The notes beneath the pieces are model-generated. The model had not been told where the DNA came from, made no database searches, and worked only from the letters and a program-made list of their open reading frames with translations. A DNA stretch of 64,000 bases, from NCBI GenBank assembly GCA_041486085.1, contig JBGPKU010000005.1:16402-80401 (forward strand). Reading direction: 5' to 3'. A program made the translations under genes and the position numbers. Each line of letters starts with the position of its first letter. The first letter of the stretch is position 1. This DNA is from Candidatus Limnocylindria bacterium (GTDB lineage: Bacteria > Chloroflexota > Limnocylindria > P2-11E). Below, piece by piece: positions 18,031 to 26,494 of this stretch.

Positions 18031-19494
18031 TCAGGGACGATGGAGCTGCGGGTCAGCGAGACGACGCGGATAGGCCGCGACCGCGTCGACCGTGTGCGTG
18101 CCCCTCCGATGCGCTCGATCCGGGCCTTGCGATGACGCGACGTAGCGCGGGATCCGGACCACGGCACACGCGCCGGGTCCGTCGTTCGACTCGAGCTCGA
18201 TCGTGCCGTCGTGTCGAAGGACGATCCAGCGCGCGATCGCGAGCCCCAACCCACTCCCCGACGGATCGAGCGCCCGTGCGGCGTCACCACGGTACGACCG
18301 TTCGAAAAGCTGGGCGCTCGGCACGCTCGGAAGGCCGATTCCTTCGTCGACGACGCGAAGCACCGCGTCGCATCCCTCATCCCTGATCGACAGGCAAACG
18401 CGGCCAGGGGCAGGTGTGTAGCGGAGCGCATTGTCGAGCAGCACCACGATCAGCTGCTTCAGCCGGTCACGTTCGCCGCTGACCGCCACGGCGTCGATCC
18501 AGCGCACCTGGAGGCGTCCGCCGGCAAGAGCGCGCAGCTCATCGAACGTCTCCATCGCGACCTCGTCGAGCTGCACCGCCTGGCCGGCGAACGGTTGTGC
18601 AGCGTCGGCGCGTGCGAGCACGAGCAGCTTGTCGACGAGTCGCGCCAGTCGCTCAGACTCGCGCACGATGTGGGAAGCGGCGTCGCGTTGCGCTTCCCTA
18701 TCGGGCTCCTGTCCCACGAGCAGCTGTGCGTTGCCGTGGATGACCGAGAGCGGCGTCCGCAGCTCGTGCGACACGTCGCGGAGGAAGCGTTGCTGCTGCT
18801 GATACGCGTCATCGAGGCTCGCCAGCATCTCGTCGAACGCCGCGCCTAGATTCACGAGCTCATCCTCGGGGTCGCCGACGACCCGGACCCGTCGAGCGAA
18901 ATCGCGAGATGCCGAGATCCCGCTCGCGGCGGCGGTGAGCTGTGCCACCGGTCGCAGCGCGTGAGAAGCGAGCTCGGAGATCACCGCGGTGCCGACTCCG
19001 ACCGACAACAGTCCGAGGAACAAATAGGCCCAACGCAGCTGCGCGTTCGCCGCATCGATCGCGCTGAGGTCGGCGGCGATGACGACACGCCCGTCACTGC
19101 TCGCCAGCGGCGTGGCGAGCGTCCGGATGCGGCCGAGCTCCGTCCATCGCGTCTGCCAACCATCGCCCACCGACGGCGCGTCGAGCAGAGCGAACAACGC
19201 GTCGGATGTCGCGCCGGCGGCTGCGATCGTGTTCGCACCGACGACGAGCCATGCGGCGTGTGGCTCGTCAATGGCGCGGTGCAGATCAAGGAGCGTCACA
19301 TCCGGCAAAGCGACGCCGTCGGTGAGCTGAGCGTTCACCTCCGCGGTCGCGCGCGTGGCTATGTCATTGAGAGCGGCGTCGACGTCGGAGTCATGCGCTT
19401 CGGCATGGAGCACATACGCCAAGGTGAGCGCGATCGCAAGCACGCTCGCGAGTAGGACGCCGTAGGCGAGCGTGATCCGGCGGCGAAGGCTCAC
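18031..19494 (-). CDS. Membrane sensor histidine kinase (2 TM, HAMP, HisKA, HATPase)
   Basis: It has two TM helices and the motifs VSHELRTPL, LLDNALRY, VVDEGIG and GSGLGLAI. Confidence 0.95.
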   Translation of the reverse strand: MSLRRRITLAYGVLLASVLAIALTLAYVLHAEAHDSDVDAALNDIATRATAEVNAQLTDGVALPDVTLLDLHRAIDEPHAAWLVVGANTIAAAGATSDALFALLDAPSVGDGWQTRWTELGRIRTLATPLASSDGRVVIAADLSAIDAANAQLRWAYLFLGLLSVGVGTAVISELASHALRPVAQLTAAASGISASRDFARRVRVVGDPEDELVNLGAAFDEMLASLDDAYQQQQRFLRDVSHELRTPLSVIHGNAQLLVGQEPDREAQRDAASHIVRESERLARLVDKLLVLARADAAQPFAGQAVQLDEVAMETFDELRALAGGRLQVRWIDAVAVSGERDRLKQLIVVLLDNALRYTPAPGRVCLSIRDEGCDAVLRVVDEGIGLPSVPSAQLFERSYRGDAARALDPSGSGLGLAIARWIVLRHDGTIELESNDGPGACAVVRIPRYVASSQGPDRAHRRGTHTVDAVAAYPRRLADPQLHRP

Positions 19495-20177
19495 GACGCC
19501 GCTCGCAACGAGTAGCCGAGACCCCGGACGGTAAGGATGAGCCGCGGCTCTCCGGCCGCCTCGAGCTTATCGCGCAGGTATCCCACATAGACCTCAAGGA
19601 CGTTCCCGTTGCCCTCGAAGTCGTAACCCCACACGCGTTCCGTGAGCTCGCGCTTCGGAACGACCTTCCCCGCCTCTCGCATGAGCTGCAGGAGCAATCG
19701 GTACTCGGTGTTCGTCAGAGCGATCTCGCGGAGGCCGCGGCGCGCGCGGCGCGATCCGGTATCGAGCTCGAGGTCGCCCGCGGCGAGCAGCTCGGGCGAC
19801 GGCGCGCGACGCCGTAGCACCGAGCGAAGATGCGCGGCGAGCACCGCGAGACTGAACGGTTTCACCAGATAGTCGTCGGCGCCGGCGTCGAGGCCACTTA
19901 CCTGATCGTCGGTGCCGTCCTTGGCCGTGAGCAGGACGATCCCCACGTCCGGGCGCTCCGCGCGAACGAGCCGACAGAGCGACAGGCCGTCCGTGCCGGG
20001 CATCACGACGTCGAGCACGAGCGCATCGGGTTTCCAGCCGCGGACAGTCTCGAGGGCGCGAGCCGCGTCCCCGGCGGCTGCGACGTCGTAGCCTTCGCGC
20101 CGCAAGCCGCGCGCGAGGATGCTCGTGACGCCGTCGTCGTCGTCGACGACGAGCACGCGCGACCGTCGATCGTCCAT
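19491..20177 (-). CDS. OmpR/MprA-like response regulator
   Basis: Motifs VLVVDDD, LDVVMP, GADDYLVKPF, VWGYDFEG..NVLEVYVGYLRDKLE and TVRGLGY are present. Confidence 0.95.
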   Translation of the reverse strand: MDDRRSRVLVVDDDDGVTSILARGLRREGYDVAAAGDAARALETVRGWKPDALVLDVVMPGTDGLSLCRLVRAERPDVGIVLLTAKDGTDDQVSGLDAGADDYLVKPFSLAVLAAHLRSVLRRRAPSPELLAAGDLELDTGSRRARRGLREIALTNTEYRLLLQLMREAGKVVPKRELTERVWGYDFEGNGNVLEVYVGYLRDKLEAAGEPRLILTVRGLGYSLRAAS

Positions 20178-20193
20178 CGCCTGCGGATGGTGT

Positions 20194-20210
20194 TCTCAGG
20201 TTCCTCTCAG
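20194..20210 (+). promoter_or_regulatory. Direct-repeat operator TCTCAG-N5-TCTCAG (MprA-box type), site 1
   Basis: The sequence TCTCAG GTTCC TCTCAG lies in the divergent intergenic region. Confidence 0.75.
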
Positions 20211-20255
20211 CGGAACTGCCGGTCGGACCAGACCTTGAGGGTCGTTCGGTCCTTC

Positions 20256-20272
20256 TCTCAGGTGGCTCTCAG
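20256..20272 (+). promoter_or_regulatory. Direct-repeat operator TCTCAG-N5-TCTCAG (MprA-box type), site 2
   Basis: The sequence TCTCAG GTGGC TCTCAG ends 17 nt upstream of the Fe-S gene start. Confidence 0.75.
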
Positions 20273-20289
20273 GGAGAGGCTGCGCTGCG

Positions 20290-21054
20290 ATGGCTGGACC
20301 ACTGACACGGCGCCAGATCCTCGCCGCGCTGGGCGGCGCCGGTGCCACGGCGCTTGCCGCCGGGCTCTCTCCGATCTCCTTCCCTGAGGCGGATGCCGCC
20401 GACCCGAGCAAGCCGGAGCGCCAGTGGGCCATGGTCATCGACCTCCGCAAGTGCGACGGCTGCCGAAAATGCACCCAGGCCTGCCAGGAGACGCACGAGC
20501 TTCCCACGAATTTCGAGTGGATCAAGGTCTTCGAGGTCACGGACAAGCAGGGCCAGTCGTACTTCATGCCCCGGCCCTGCTTCCAATGCGAGAACGCTCC
20601 GTGCCTGCGCGTGTGCCCCGTTGCCGCGACGTTCCGCGACAGCGAAGGCGTCGTCCTTGTCGATCAGAACAGGTGCATCGGCTGCCGGATGTGCATGGCG
20701 GCCTGCCCCTACGGGGCTCGGTACTTCAACTACAAGGATCCGCCCGGCACGCCGAACCCGTTCGCGCACCCGACGCCCGAATTCCCCGTGCCTCAACAGA
20801 AGGGAACGGTCGGCAAGTGCATGTTCTGCGTGCATCGCACCGAGAACGGCCAGCTGCCAGCCTGCGTCGAAGCCTGCGGGATGCAGGCCCTCTGGATCGG
20901 CGATCTCACCACGGACGTCGCGACGAATGGCACGGAGACGGTGCGCCTCTCGCAGCTGATAAAGGAAAACGACGCCTTCCGCTACAAGGAAGAGCTCGGG
21001 ACCGGCCCGCGCGTGTACTACATCGCGGGTCACGGCCAGCACCTGGACCTCTGA
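20290..21054 (+). CDS. Tat-exported NrfC/DmsB-type 4x[4Fe-4S] electron-transfer subunit
   Basis: It has the Tat motif LTRRQIL and the Cys groups CDGCRKCTQAC, CFQCENAPCLRVC, CIGCRMCMAAC and KCMFC...PACVEAC. The C-terminus reads ELGTGPRVYY. Confidence 0.93.
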   Translation: MAGPLTRRQILAALGGAGATALAAGLSPISFPEADAADPSKPERQWAMVIDLRKCDGCRKCTQACQETHELPTNFEWIKVFEVTDKQGQSYFMPRPCFQCENAPCLRVCPVAATFRDSEGVVLVDQNRCIGCRMCMAACPYGARYFNYKDPPGTPNPFAHPTPEFPVPQQKGTVGKCMFCVHRTENGQLPACVEACGMQALWIGDLTTDVATNGTETVRLSQLIKENDAFRYKEELGTGPRVYYIAGHGQHLDL

Positions 21055-21056
21055 GC

Positions 21057-22391
21057 ATGGACCGCAGGACGCACGACCGCTATCTCGAGCGCGCGATGTG
21101 GTCGATCGGGCGTGGCGATCGCAACTTCTGGATCGCCGTCGTCGGGCTCGGCACCCTCGTGGCCGCCGGTATCTACGCCTGGATCTATCAGATCCAGCGC
21201 GGCCTCTGGGTCACCGGGCTGAACCAGAAGGTCTCGTGGGGCTTCTACATCATCAACTGCGTTTTCTTCATCGGCATCAGCTACGGAGGCGCGATGACGA
21301 GCGCCATCCTGCGGCTGACCAATGCGAAGTGGCGGGCGCCGCTCACGCGCCTCGCCGAGACGACGGCGGTCGCGGCGCTCCTTGTCGGAGCGGTCTACCC
21401 GATCGTCGACATGGGCCGACCCGATCGCTTCCTCTTCATCCTGCTGTACCCGCAGGCCGGCTCTCCCGTGGTGTGGGACGTCGTCGCGATCAGCACATAC
21501 ATGCTCGCGAGCCTCGTGTTCCTGTACCTGCCGCTCATTCCTGACCTCGCGATCACCCGTGACTCATTGGGCGCGGGGTGGCTCCGCCGCATCTACAACG
21601 TGCTCTCACTGGGCTGGAAGGGCACGCCGGGCCAGGAGCGCTCCCTCGCGCGTGGCATCGGGATCATGGCCGTCCTCATCATCCCACTCGCGGTCTCGGT
21701 GCACTCGGTGCTGGCGTGGCTCTTCGCGGTCACCGCGCGCGGCGGATGGCACAGCACCATCTTCGCACCGCTCTTCGTGCTCGCCGCCATGCTGTCAGGC
21801 GTCGCTGCGGTCATCCTCGTCGTCGCCGCCTTCCGCAAGGTGTACGGCCTTCACGAATTCATCACCGCGAAGCACTTCCGCTACCTGAGCTATCTCCTGG
21901 TGGCGCTTGGCATCGGCTACCTCTACTTCATGGTCAGCGAATACCTGACCGAGGGATATCTCCTTGAGGAGAGCACCACGCCGGTGCTTGAAGCGATCTT
22001 CATCGGCAGCTACGCCCCGGCCTTCTGGTCGTTCACGATCATCGGACTCATCTTCCCGCTCTGCCTCGTCGCGTTGCCGGGTCGCTTCGCGATCGCGCGC
22101 GCCTGCACCGCCTCGGGCCTGGTCATCGCGGGGATGTGGCTCAAGCGGTTCCTCATCGTCGTCCCCGGCATGGCTGAGCCCGTGATGCCGTGGGACTGGG
22201 GCCGGTACTCACCGACGTGGGTCGAGGTCACCATCACGATCGGGTCGGCGGCCGCCATCCCGCTCATCCTGATCATCTTCTTCCGCTTCTTCCCGGTCAT
22301 GTCGGTCCACGAGATGGAAGAGGTCGAGGGCGCCGTCGAGACACCGCGCGCGGCGCTGCGGCCGGCACTCGCCGAGGGGGGCAATGGATGA
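21057..22391 (+). CDS. NrfD/PsrC (ActC/QrcD-like) quinol-interacting membrane subunit
   Basis: About 10 TM segments, with motifs WGFYIINCVFFIGISYGG, DMGRPDR, SPVVWDVVAISTY, VSVHSVLAW, GWHSTIFAP and GMWLKRFLIVVP. The start was moved to ATG 21057. Confidence 0.92.
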   Translation: MDRRTHDRYLERAMWSIGRGDRNFWIAVVGLGTLVAAGIYAWIYQIQRGLWVTGLNQKVSWGFYIINCVFFIGISYGGAMTSAILRLTNAKWRAPLTRLAETTAVAALLVGAVYPIVDMGRPDRFLFILLYPQAGSPVVWDVVAISTYMLASLVFLYLPLIPDLAITRDSLGAGWLRRIYNVLSLGWKGTPGQERSLARGIGIMAVLIIPLAVSVHSVLAWLFAVTARGGWHSTIFAPLFVLAAMLSGVAAVILVVAAFRKVYGLHEFITAKHFRYLSYLLVALGIGYLYFMVSEYLTEGYLLEESTTPVLEAIFIGSYAPAFWSFTIIGLIFPLCLVALPGRFAIARACTASGLVIAGMWLKRFLIVVPGMAEPVMPWDWGRYSPTWVEVTITIGSAAAIPLILIIFFRFFPVMSVHEMEEVEGAVETPRAALRPALAEGGNG

Positions 22392-23056
22392 AGAAGCTCG
22401 TTTGCGCGATCGTCGCGCTCGGCATCATCGGTCTGTCAGTCGTCGTGGCCGGTCCCTTCGCCGCGGGAACACGGACTCCACGAGTCGCGACGCAACCCGC
22501 GGACGCCGGCCACGATCACGGCACCGTCGTCGGGCTCGCGCCCGCACCGATCACCGATCCCGCCGCGACCGCCGCTCGCCTCGTCGTCACGGCGCAGCCG
22601 TTCGAAAAGACGGAGCGGGGTTACGCCCTCCAGGTCAACATCGTCGCGCCGGACGGCAAGCCGGTCGCCGACGCCCAAGTGAAGTTCTACGAGCTGGTCG
22701 ACCTCTTCGGCACGCGCGAGATGCTCCTCGCGGCCGCGACCACCGACGGCCGCGGCGCCGCCTCGTATGGCTACCTCCCCGCCCATCCTGGCTCGCATCC
22801 CCTCATCGTGCGCTTCACCGGTCGCGATCGGACCCTCACCGCCGGAGAGGGCCGTCTGACACTTGAGGCGACGGTCTCCGCCGAACGGCCAGCTCCCGAG
22901 CGCTCCGGATTCGCCGCGTTCAGCGACAAGGTCCCGTACGCCGCAGGCGCCCTCGTCCTCACGGTCTGGGGCCTCATCGCATTTGCGCTCATTGCCACGG
23001 CGCGCGGCGTCATTGGCGCCGCGCCCAGAACTTCGACGAAAGGAGAAACAGCGTGA
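22388..23056 (+). CDS. Hypothetical membrane-anchored exported protein (His patch, Ig-like domain, C-terminal TM)
   Basis: ATG 22388 overlaps the upstream TGA. The protein has an N-terminal hydrophobic segment, AGHDHG, a beta-rich core (TTDGRGAASYGY) and a hydrophobic C-terminal helix. Confidence 0.75.
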   Translation: MKKLVCAIVALGIIGLSVVVAGPFAAGTRTPRVATQPADAGHDHGTVVGLAPAPITDPAATAARLVVTAQPFEKTERGYALQVNIVAPDGKPVADAQVKFYELVDLFGTREMLLAAATTDGRGAASYGYLPAHPGSHPLIVRFTGRDRTLTAGEGRLTLEATVSAERPAPERSGFAAFSDKVPYAAGALVLTVWGLIAFALIATARGVIGAAPRTSTKGETA

Positions 23057-23652
23057 CCTTACGCACACGCATCCTCGCAAGCACCGTCGTCGCCCTCATG
23101 ATCGCCGCCTCCTGCGGCGGAACCACGGGCGAAGGCGCCGCGCCCACGGCCGCGGCGAAAGCCTCGCCGGCAGCACCGGCGGCGACGCAGGCCGCTCCGG
23201 TCCTCGCGAGAAGCCTCGTCATCCTCGGCGACACCATCCGCAGCCAGGCAGGCCTCACCGATGTTGAGAAGAACATCAACGCACCCGGGATCCACTGCAC
23301 CGAGCAGAGCCGCTTCCCACAGGGTGGCCGGATCGTCTGGCGAATGAAGGCGCTTGACCCGATCTCGGGCAAGTTCCTCGATGACAAGGACATCGCGTCG
23401 TTCACGATCACCTTCCCCGACGGGAAGAGCGACAAGCTCGCGTACGGCGGGCACGGCGGCACCAAGGAAGCTCCACAGGACTTCCTCTGGGCCGTTGGGT
23501 ACACCATCCCGCTCGACTACCCGACAGGCGCCTTCAACGTGAAGATCGAGGCCAAGAGCATCGCGGGTGCGGTCGGCACCTTCGAGTCGTTCAAGGTCGC
23601 GGCCGCGCAGCTCACCATCACGAAGGCCGGCCAGGACTACCCGCGCCAGTAA
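23053..23652 (+). CDS. Hypothetical lipoprotein
   Basis: It has an AAAGGAG RBS, the lipobox IAASC and an Ala/Pro linker, then a globular domain (HCTEQSRF, YGGHG, FLWAVGYTIPLDYPTG). Confidence 0.8.
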   Translation: MTLRTRILASTVVALMIAASCGGTTGEGAAPTAAAKASPAAPAATQAAPVLARSLVILGDTIRSQAGLTDVEKNINAPGIHCTEQSRFPQGGRIVWRMKALDPISGKFLDDKDIASFTITFPDGKSDKLAYGGHGGTKEAPQDFLWAVGYTIPLDYPTGAFNVKIEAKSIAGAVGTFESFKVAAAQLTITKAGQDYPRQ

Positions 23653-23673
23653 GGGATCGAAAGGAAACGTGAA

Positions 23674-25194
23674 ATGACAGGCCACGAGCGTCTAGCGCGT
23701 CTGGCGATCTCGCTTGTCGCTACGACGCTCGTGGCGGCAGCGTGCACCGCACAGACCGCACCGAGCACACCCTCGCAGCCCGCGGCACCAAAGGCATCCG
23801 CGCCCGCGGCCGTTGCCTCGGCCGCAGCCGCGGTTCCGAGCGCTGCGGTCCCGGCGATGGAGATCGTCGGCAAGTTCGCGCTCGAGCCCGCGCACGGCGC
23901 GTGGGACGCGAAGGTCACCGCGACCGCGACCGGACTGAAGCCGGCGACGAAGTACGACCTCATGTGGACGACCGGCAAGGTCGCCTGGAAGCTCTCGGAC
24001 GATAAGAGCAAGTATCTGGGCCGCGATGCGAAGACGCTCCAGAACATGATCGGTTCCTACACGACTAACGGGAACGGCGCCTTCGTGGCGACCTTCGCGG
24101 TGCCGCAGGGCTTCGGCTACGCGCACGACGTGACGGTCGTCGACGCGGAGAAGACGATCCGCAACAAGGCGCTCTTCGATGTCGACATGATCACGACCAT
24201 GACGCCGACGAGCGGCCCGGTCGGTACGCCGATCACGGTCGAAGTGAAGGGCATCGGCTACCAGTCCTACCAGAACAGCTTCCAGCTCGACTATGACAAC
24301 GCCTACACCGGCTGGGTCTCGTCGATCACGACCGACGGCTATGCGAAGTTCGTGATCCCCGCCACCGGTGCCGTGGGAACGCACATCATCACGCTCGGCC
24401 ACTCCGAGTTCGGGGCGCCCTACATGAACCCGAACCAGCAGCCTGTGGTCGCTTCGCGGCCGTTCCCGCATCTTCCATTCACGGTCACGGACGGCCCGGC
24501 GGTCGCGCCAACGGCGGCCGAGCTGCAGGGCTTCGCGCAGATCCCTGCGAAGCCCGTCTCACAGGGCATCTGGTCCGCGCCGTACGGTGCCGCGGTCGGT
24601 ACGCTGGCGACCCTCAACGGCAAGGCCCTCACCGCGAACAGCGAACTCGAGATCCTCTGGACGACGATGGTCGGCAATCGCTCCGTCACCGGCTTCGAGG
24701 AGCGCACCAAGTCGCTCGGTAAGGTGAGGACCGACACGACGGGCACATTCAGCTGGTCCTTCCCGATCCCCGATGATCTCGGCGGCACGCACACCGTGAT
24801 CGCGAAGCTCGGCGACACGGAGATCGCGAAGACGACGGTCTACATCCTGGCGAACGCCTTCCCGCTCAGCGTCGATCGCGGACCTTCGGGCACGAAGACG
24901 ACGCTGCATCTGAAGGGCGTGGGCTGGACCGAGACCGAGCAGATCTATCACGTCGTCTATGACAACGCCTTCGCGGGCTACGCCTGCGCCTTCCAGAGCG
25001 CCGGCGACTTGACGATCTTCTTGACCGCATCCGGAGCGCCAGGCTGGCACTACATCGACATGTACCCCGGCATCTATCAGGGAAGCGAGACGCGGCCCGC
25101 GAACTACAAGATGCCGCAACTCACCGCCCTCACCGATCATCCCGGCGAGCCGCTACCCATCTTCCGTTGGGCCTTCTTGATCACCGCGCCGTAA
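23674..25194 (+). CDS. Hypothetical lipoprotein with internally duplicated beta-rich (Ig/IPT-like) domains
   Basis: It has an AAGGAA RBS, the lipobox VAAAC and an Ala/Pro linker, followed by two homologous halves. Codon usage looks strongly coding. Confidence 0.85.
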   Translation: MTGHERLARLAISLVATTLVAAACTAQTAPSTPSQPAAPKASAPAAVASAAAAVPSAAVPAMEIVGKFALEPAHGAWDAKVTATATGLKPATKYDLMWTTGKVAWKLSDDKSKYLGRDAKTLQNMIGSYTTNGNGAFVATFAVPQGFGYAHDVTVVDAEKTIRNKALFDVDMITTMTPTSGPVGTPITVEVKGIGYQSYQNSFQLDYDNAYTGWVSSITTDGYAKFVIPATGAVGTHIITLGHSEFGAPYMNPNQQPVVASRPFPHLPFTVTDGPAVAPTAAELQGFAQIPAKPVSQGIWSAPYGAAVGTLATLNGKALTANSELEILWTTMVGNRSVTGFEERTKSLGKVRTDTTGTFSWSFPIPDDLGGTHTVIAKLGDTEIAKTTVYILANAFPLSVDRGPSGTKTTLHLKGVGWTETEQIYHVVYDNAFAGYACAFQSAGDLTIFLTASGAPGWHYIDMYPGIYQGSETRPANYKMPQLTALTDHPGEPLPIFRWAFLITAP

Positions 25195-25375
25195 GCCGAC
25201 AACCTCCGTTGCCGTTCACGGCGCCGGGCTCTCGAGCTCAGCGCCGCGGCGAGTCCGACTCGAAGCAACGGACCGCAGGCGCGTCGGCCGACGAGGGCTA
25301 CGCGCCGGTCTCGACGATGAATCGCCACGGACCGGTGTCGGTCCGGGCTACCTCGGGACCACGCTGGAGCTCAAG

Positions 25376-25740
25376 CCGGCCGCTGCGCGACGCCGCCGTG
25401 GAGTGCTACGAGCGGATGGCCGCGACGCTGCGGGATGGCGCGACGGTCGCTGCGGTGCTCGGCGCGGCCCAGGTCGTGCACGAGCGGGTTCACGGTGTAC
25501 GACGACCTGCTCCACGGCACCGACCCGCTCCCGCCGGTGATCCAGACCCGGCCCACGGCGCGGGCCCCGCAGAACGAGGCGTTCGTGTTCCGCGAGAACA
25601 CGGTGGTCGTGCTCCAGCCCAACGTGGTCCGCGACTCCACTGGGACAATGGGGCTGCAGGTGGGTGAGACCGTCCGCGTGACCCGGGACGGCGTCGAGCG
25701 CCTGCACGAATATCCGATGACCTTCGTGCGTTGCGGATAG
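25376..25740 (+). pseudogene. C-terminal remnant of an M24 (Xaa-Pro peptidase/creatinase-fold) protein, frameshifted
   Basis: LRDAAVECYERMAATLRDGATV..VHE shifts frame near 25485 into GFTVYDDLLHG...FRENTVVVLQPNV...GLQVGETVRVTRDGVERLH. No N-terminal domain is present. Confidence 0.7.
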
Positions 25741-25753
25741 CGGAGGGGACGCG

Positions 25754-26473
25754 ATGAGCACGCCGGCGCCATTGGAGATGCGACCCGCCTCGGCGATCTA
25801 TTCGATCGATGGCGGCTGGTTCCGCGCGCGCTGGCACTTCTCCTTCGACCACTACCGCGACCCAGACCACATGGGCATCGGCACGATGCGCGTGTTCAAC
25901 CACGACACGCTGATCCCCGGCGCCGTGTGGCCGATGCATCCACATCGCGACATCGAGGGGATCACGTATGTCGTCGCCGGCGAGTTCGAGCACAAAGACA
26001 GCCTGGGCAACGGCGGGATCCTGCTGCCCGGTGGCGTCCAGCGCATGCGTCTTGGCTCGGGCGCGGAGCACTCCGAGGGCAACCACTCGCAGACCGAAGA
26101 GATGCAGTTCATCCAGATGTGGATCCTGCCGTGGAAGCGGGGCCTCGAGCCGGACATCGAGCAGCGGCAGTACACGATGGCGGACCGCACGGACCGGCTG
26201 CTCCGGTTTCTCAAGCCGGAGGGCGCCGAGGGCGAGGGCATCACCGTCGCGCAGGACACGTCCATGTACGCCTCGCGCCTGTCGACGGGAAAACGTGCGC
26301 GCCACGACTTCGGCCCGGCGCGCGGCGGCTACCTCTACCTCATCAGCGGCGCGATGACGGCGAACGGCGCCGCGATGAGCACCGGCGACGCCGCGTACGT
26401 GCGCGGCGCAGGATCGCTCGAGCTCGCCGCGAGCGCCACGAGCGAGCTGCTCATCGTGGACACGCCGCTGTAG
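25754..26473 (+). CDS. Pirin family protein (YhhW-like cupin)
   Basis: Motifs HFSFDHY, MHPHRDIEGITYV, HKDSLGN, GSGAEHSEGN and FIQMWI are present. Confidence 0.93.
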   Translation: MSTPAPLEMRPASAIYSIDGGWFRARWHFSFDHYRDPDHMGIGTMRVFNHDTLIPGAVWPMHPHRDIEGITYVVAGEFEHKDSLGNGGILLPGGVQRMRLGSGAEHSEGNHSQTEEMQFIQMWILPWKRGLEPDIEQRQYTMADRTDRLLRFLKPEGAEGEGITVAQDTSMYASRLSTGKRARHDFGPARGGYLYLISGAMTANGAAMSTGDAAYVRGAGSLELAASATSELLIVDTPL

Positions 26474-26494
26474 CTCGCCGCCCTGGTCGTGGCC

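Noticed and set aside
20424-21056. N-terminal 211 aa of the 655-aa NrfD ORF
   Set aside because: It is an alternative frame over the Fe-S gene. The real start is ATG 21057.
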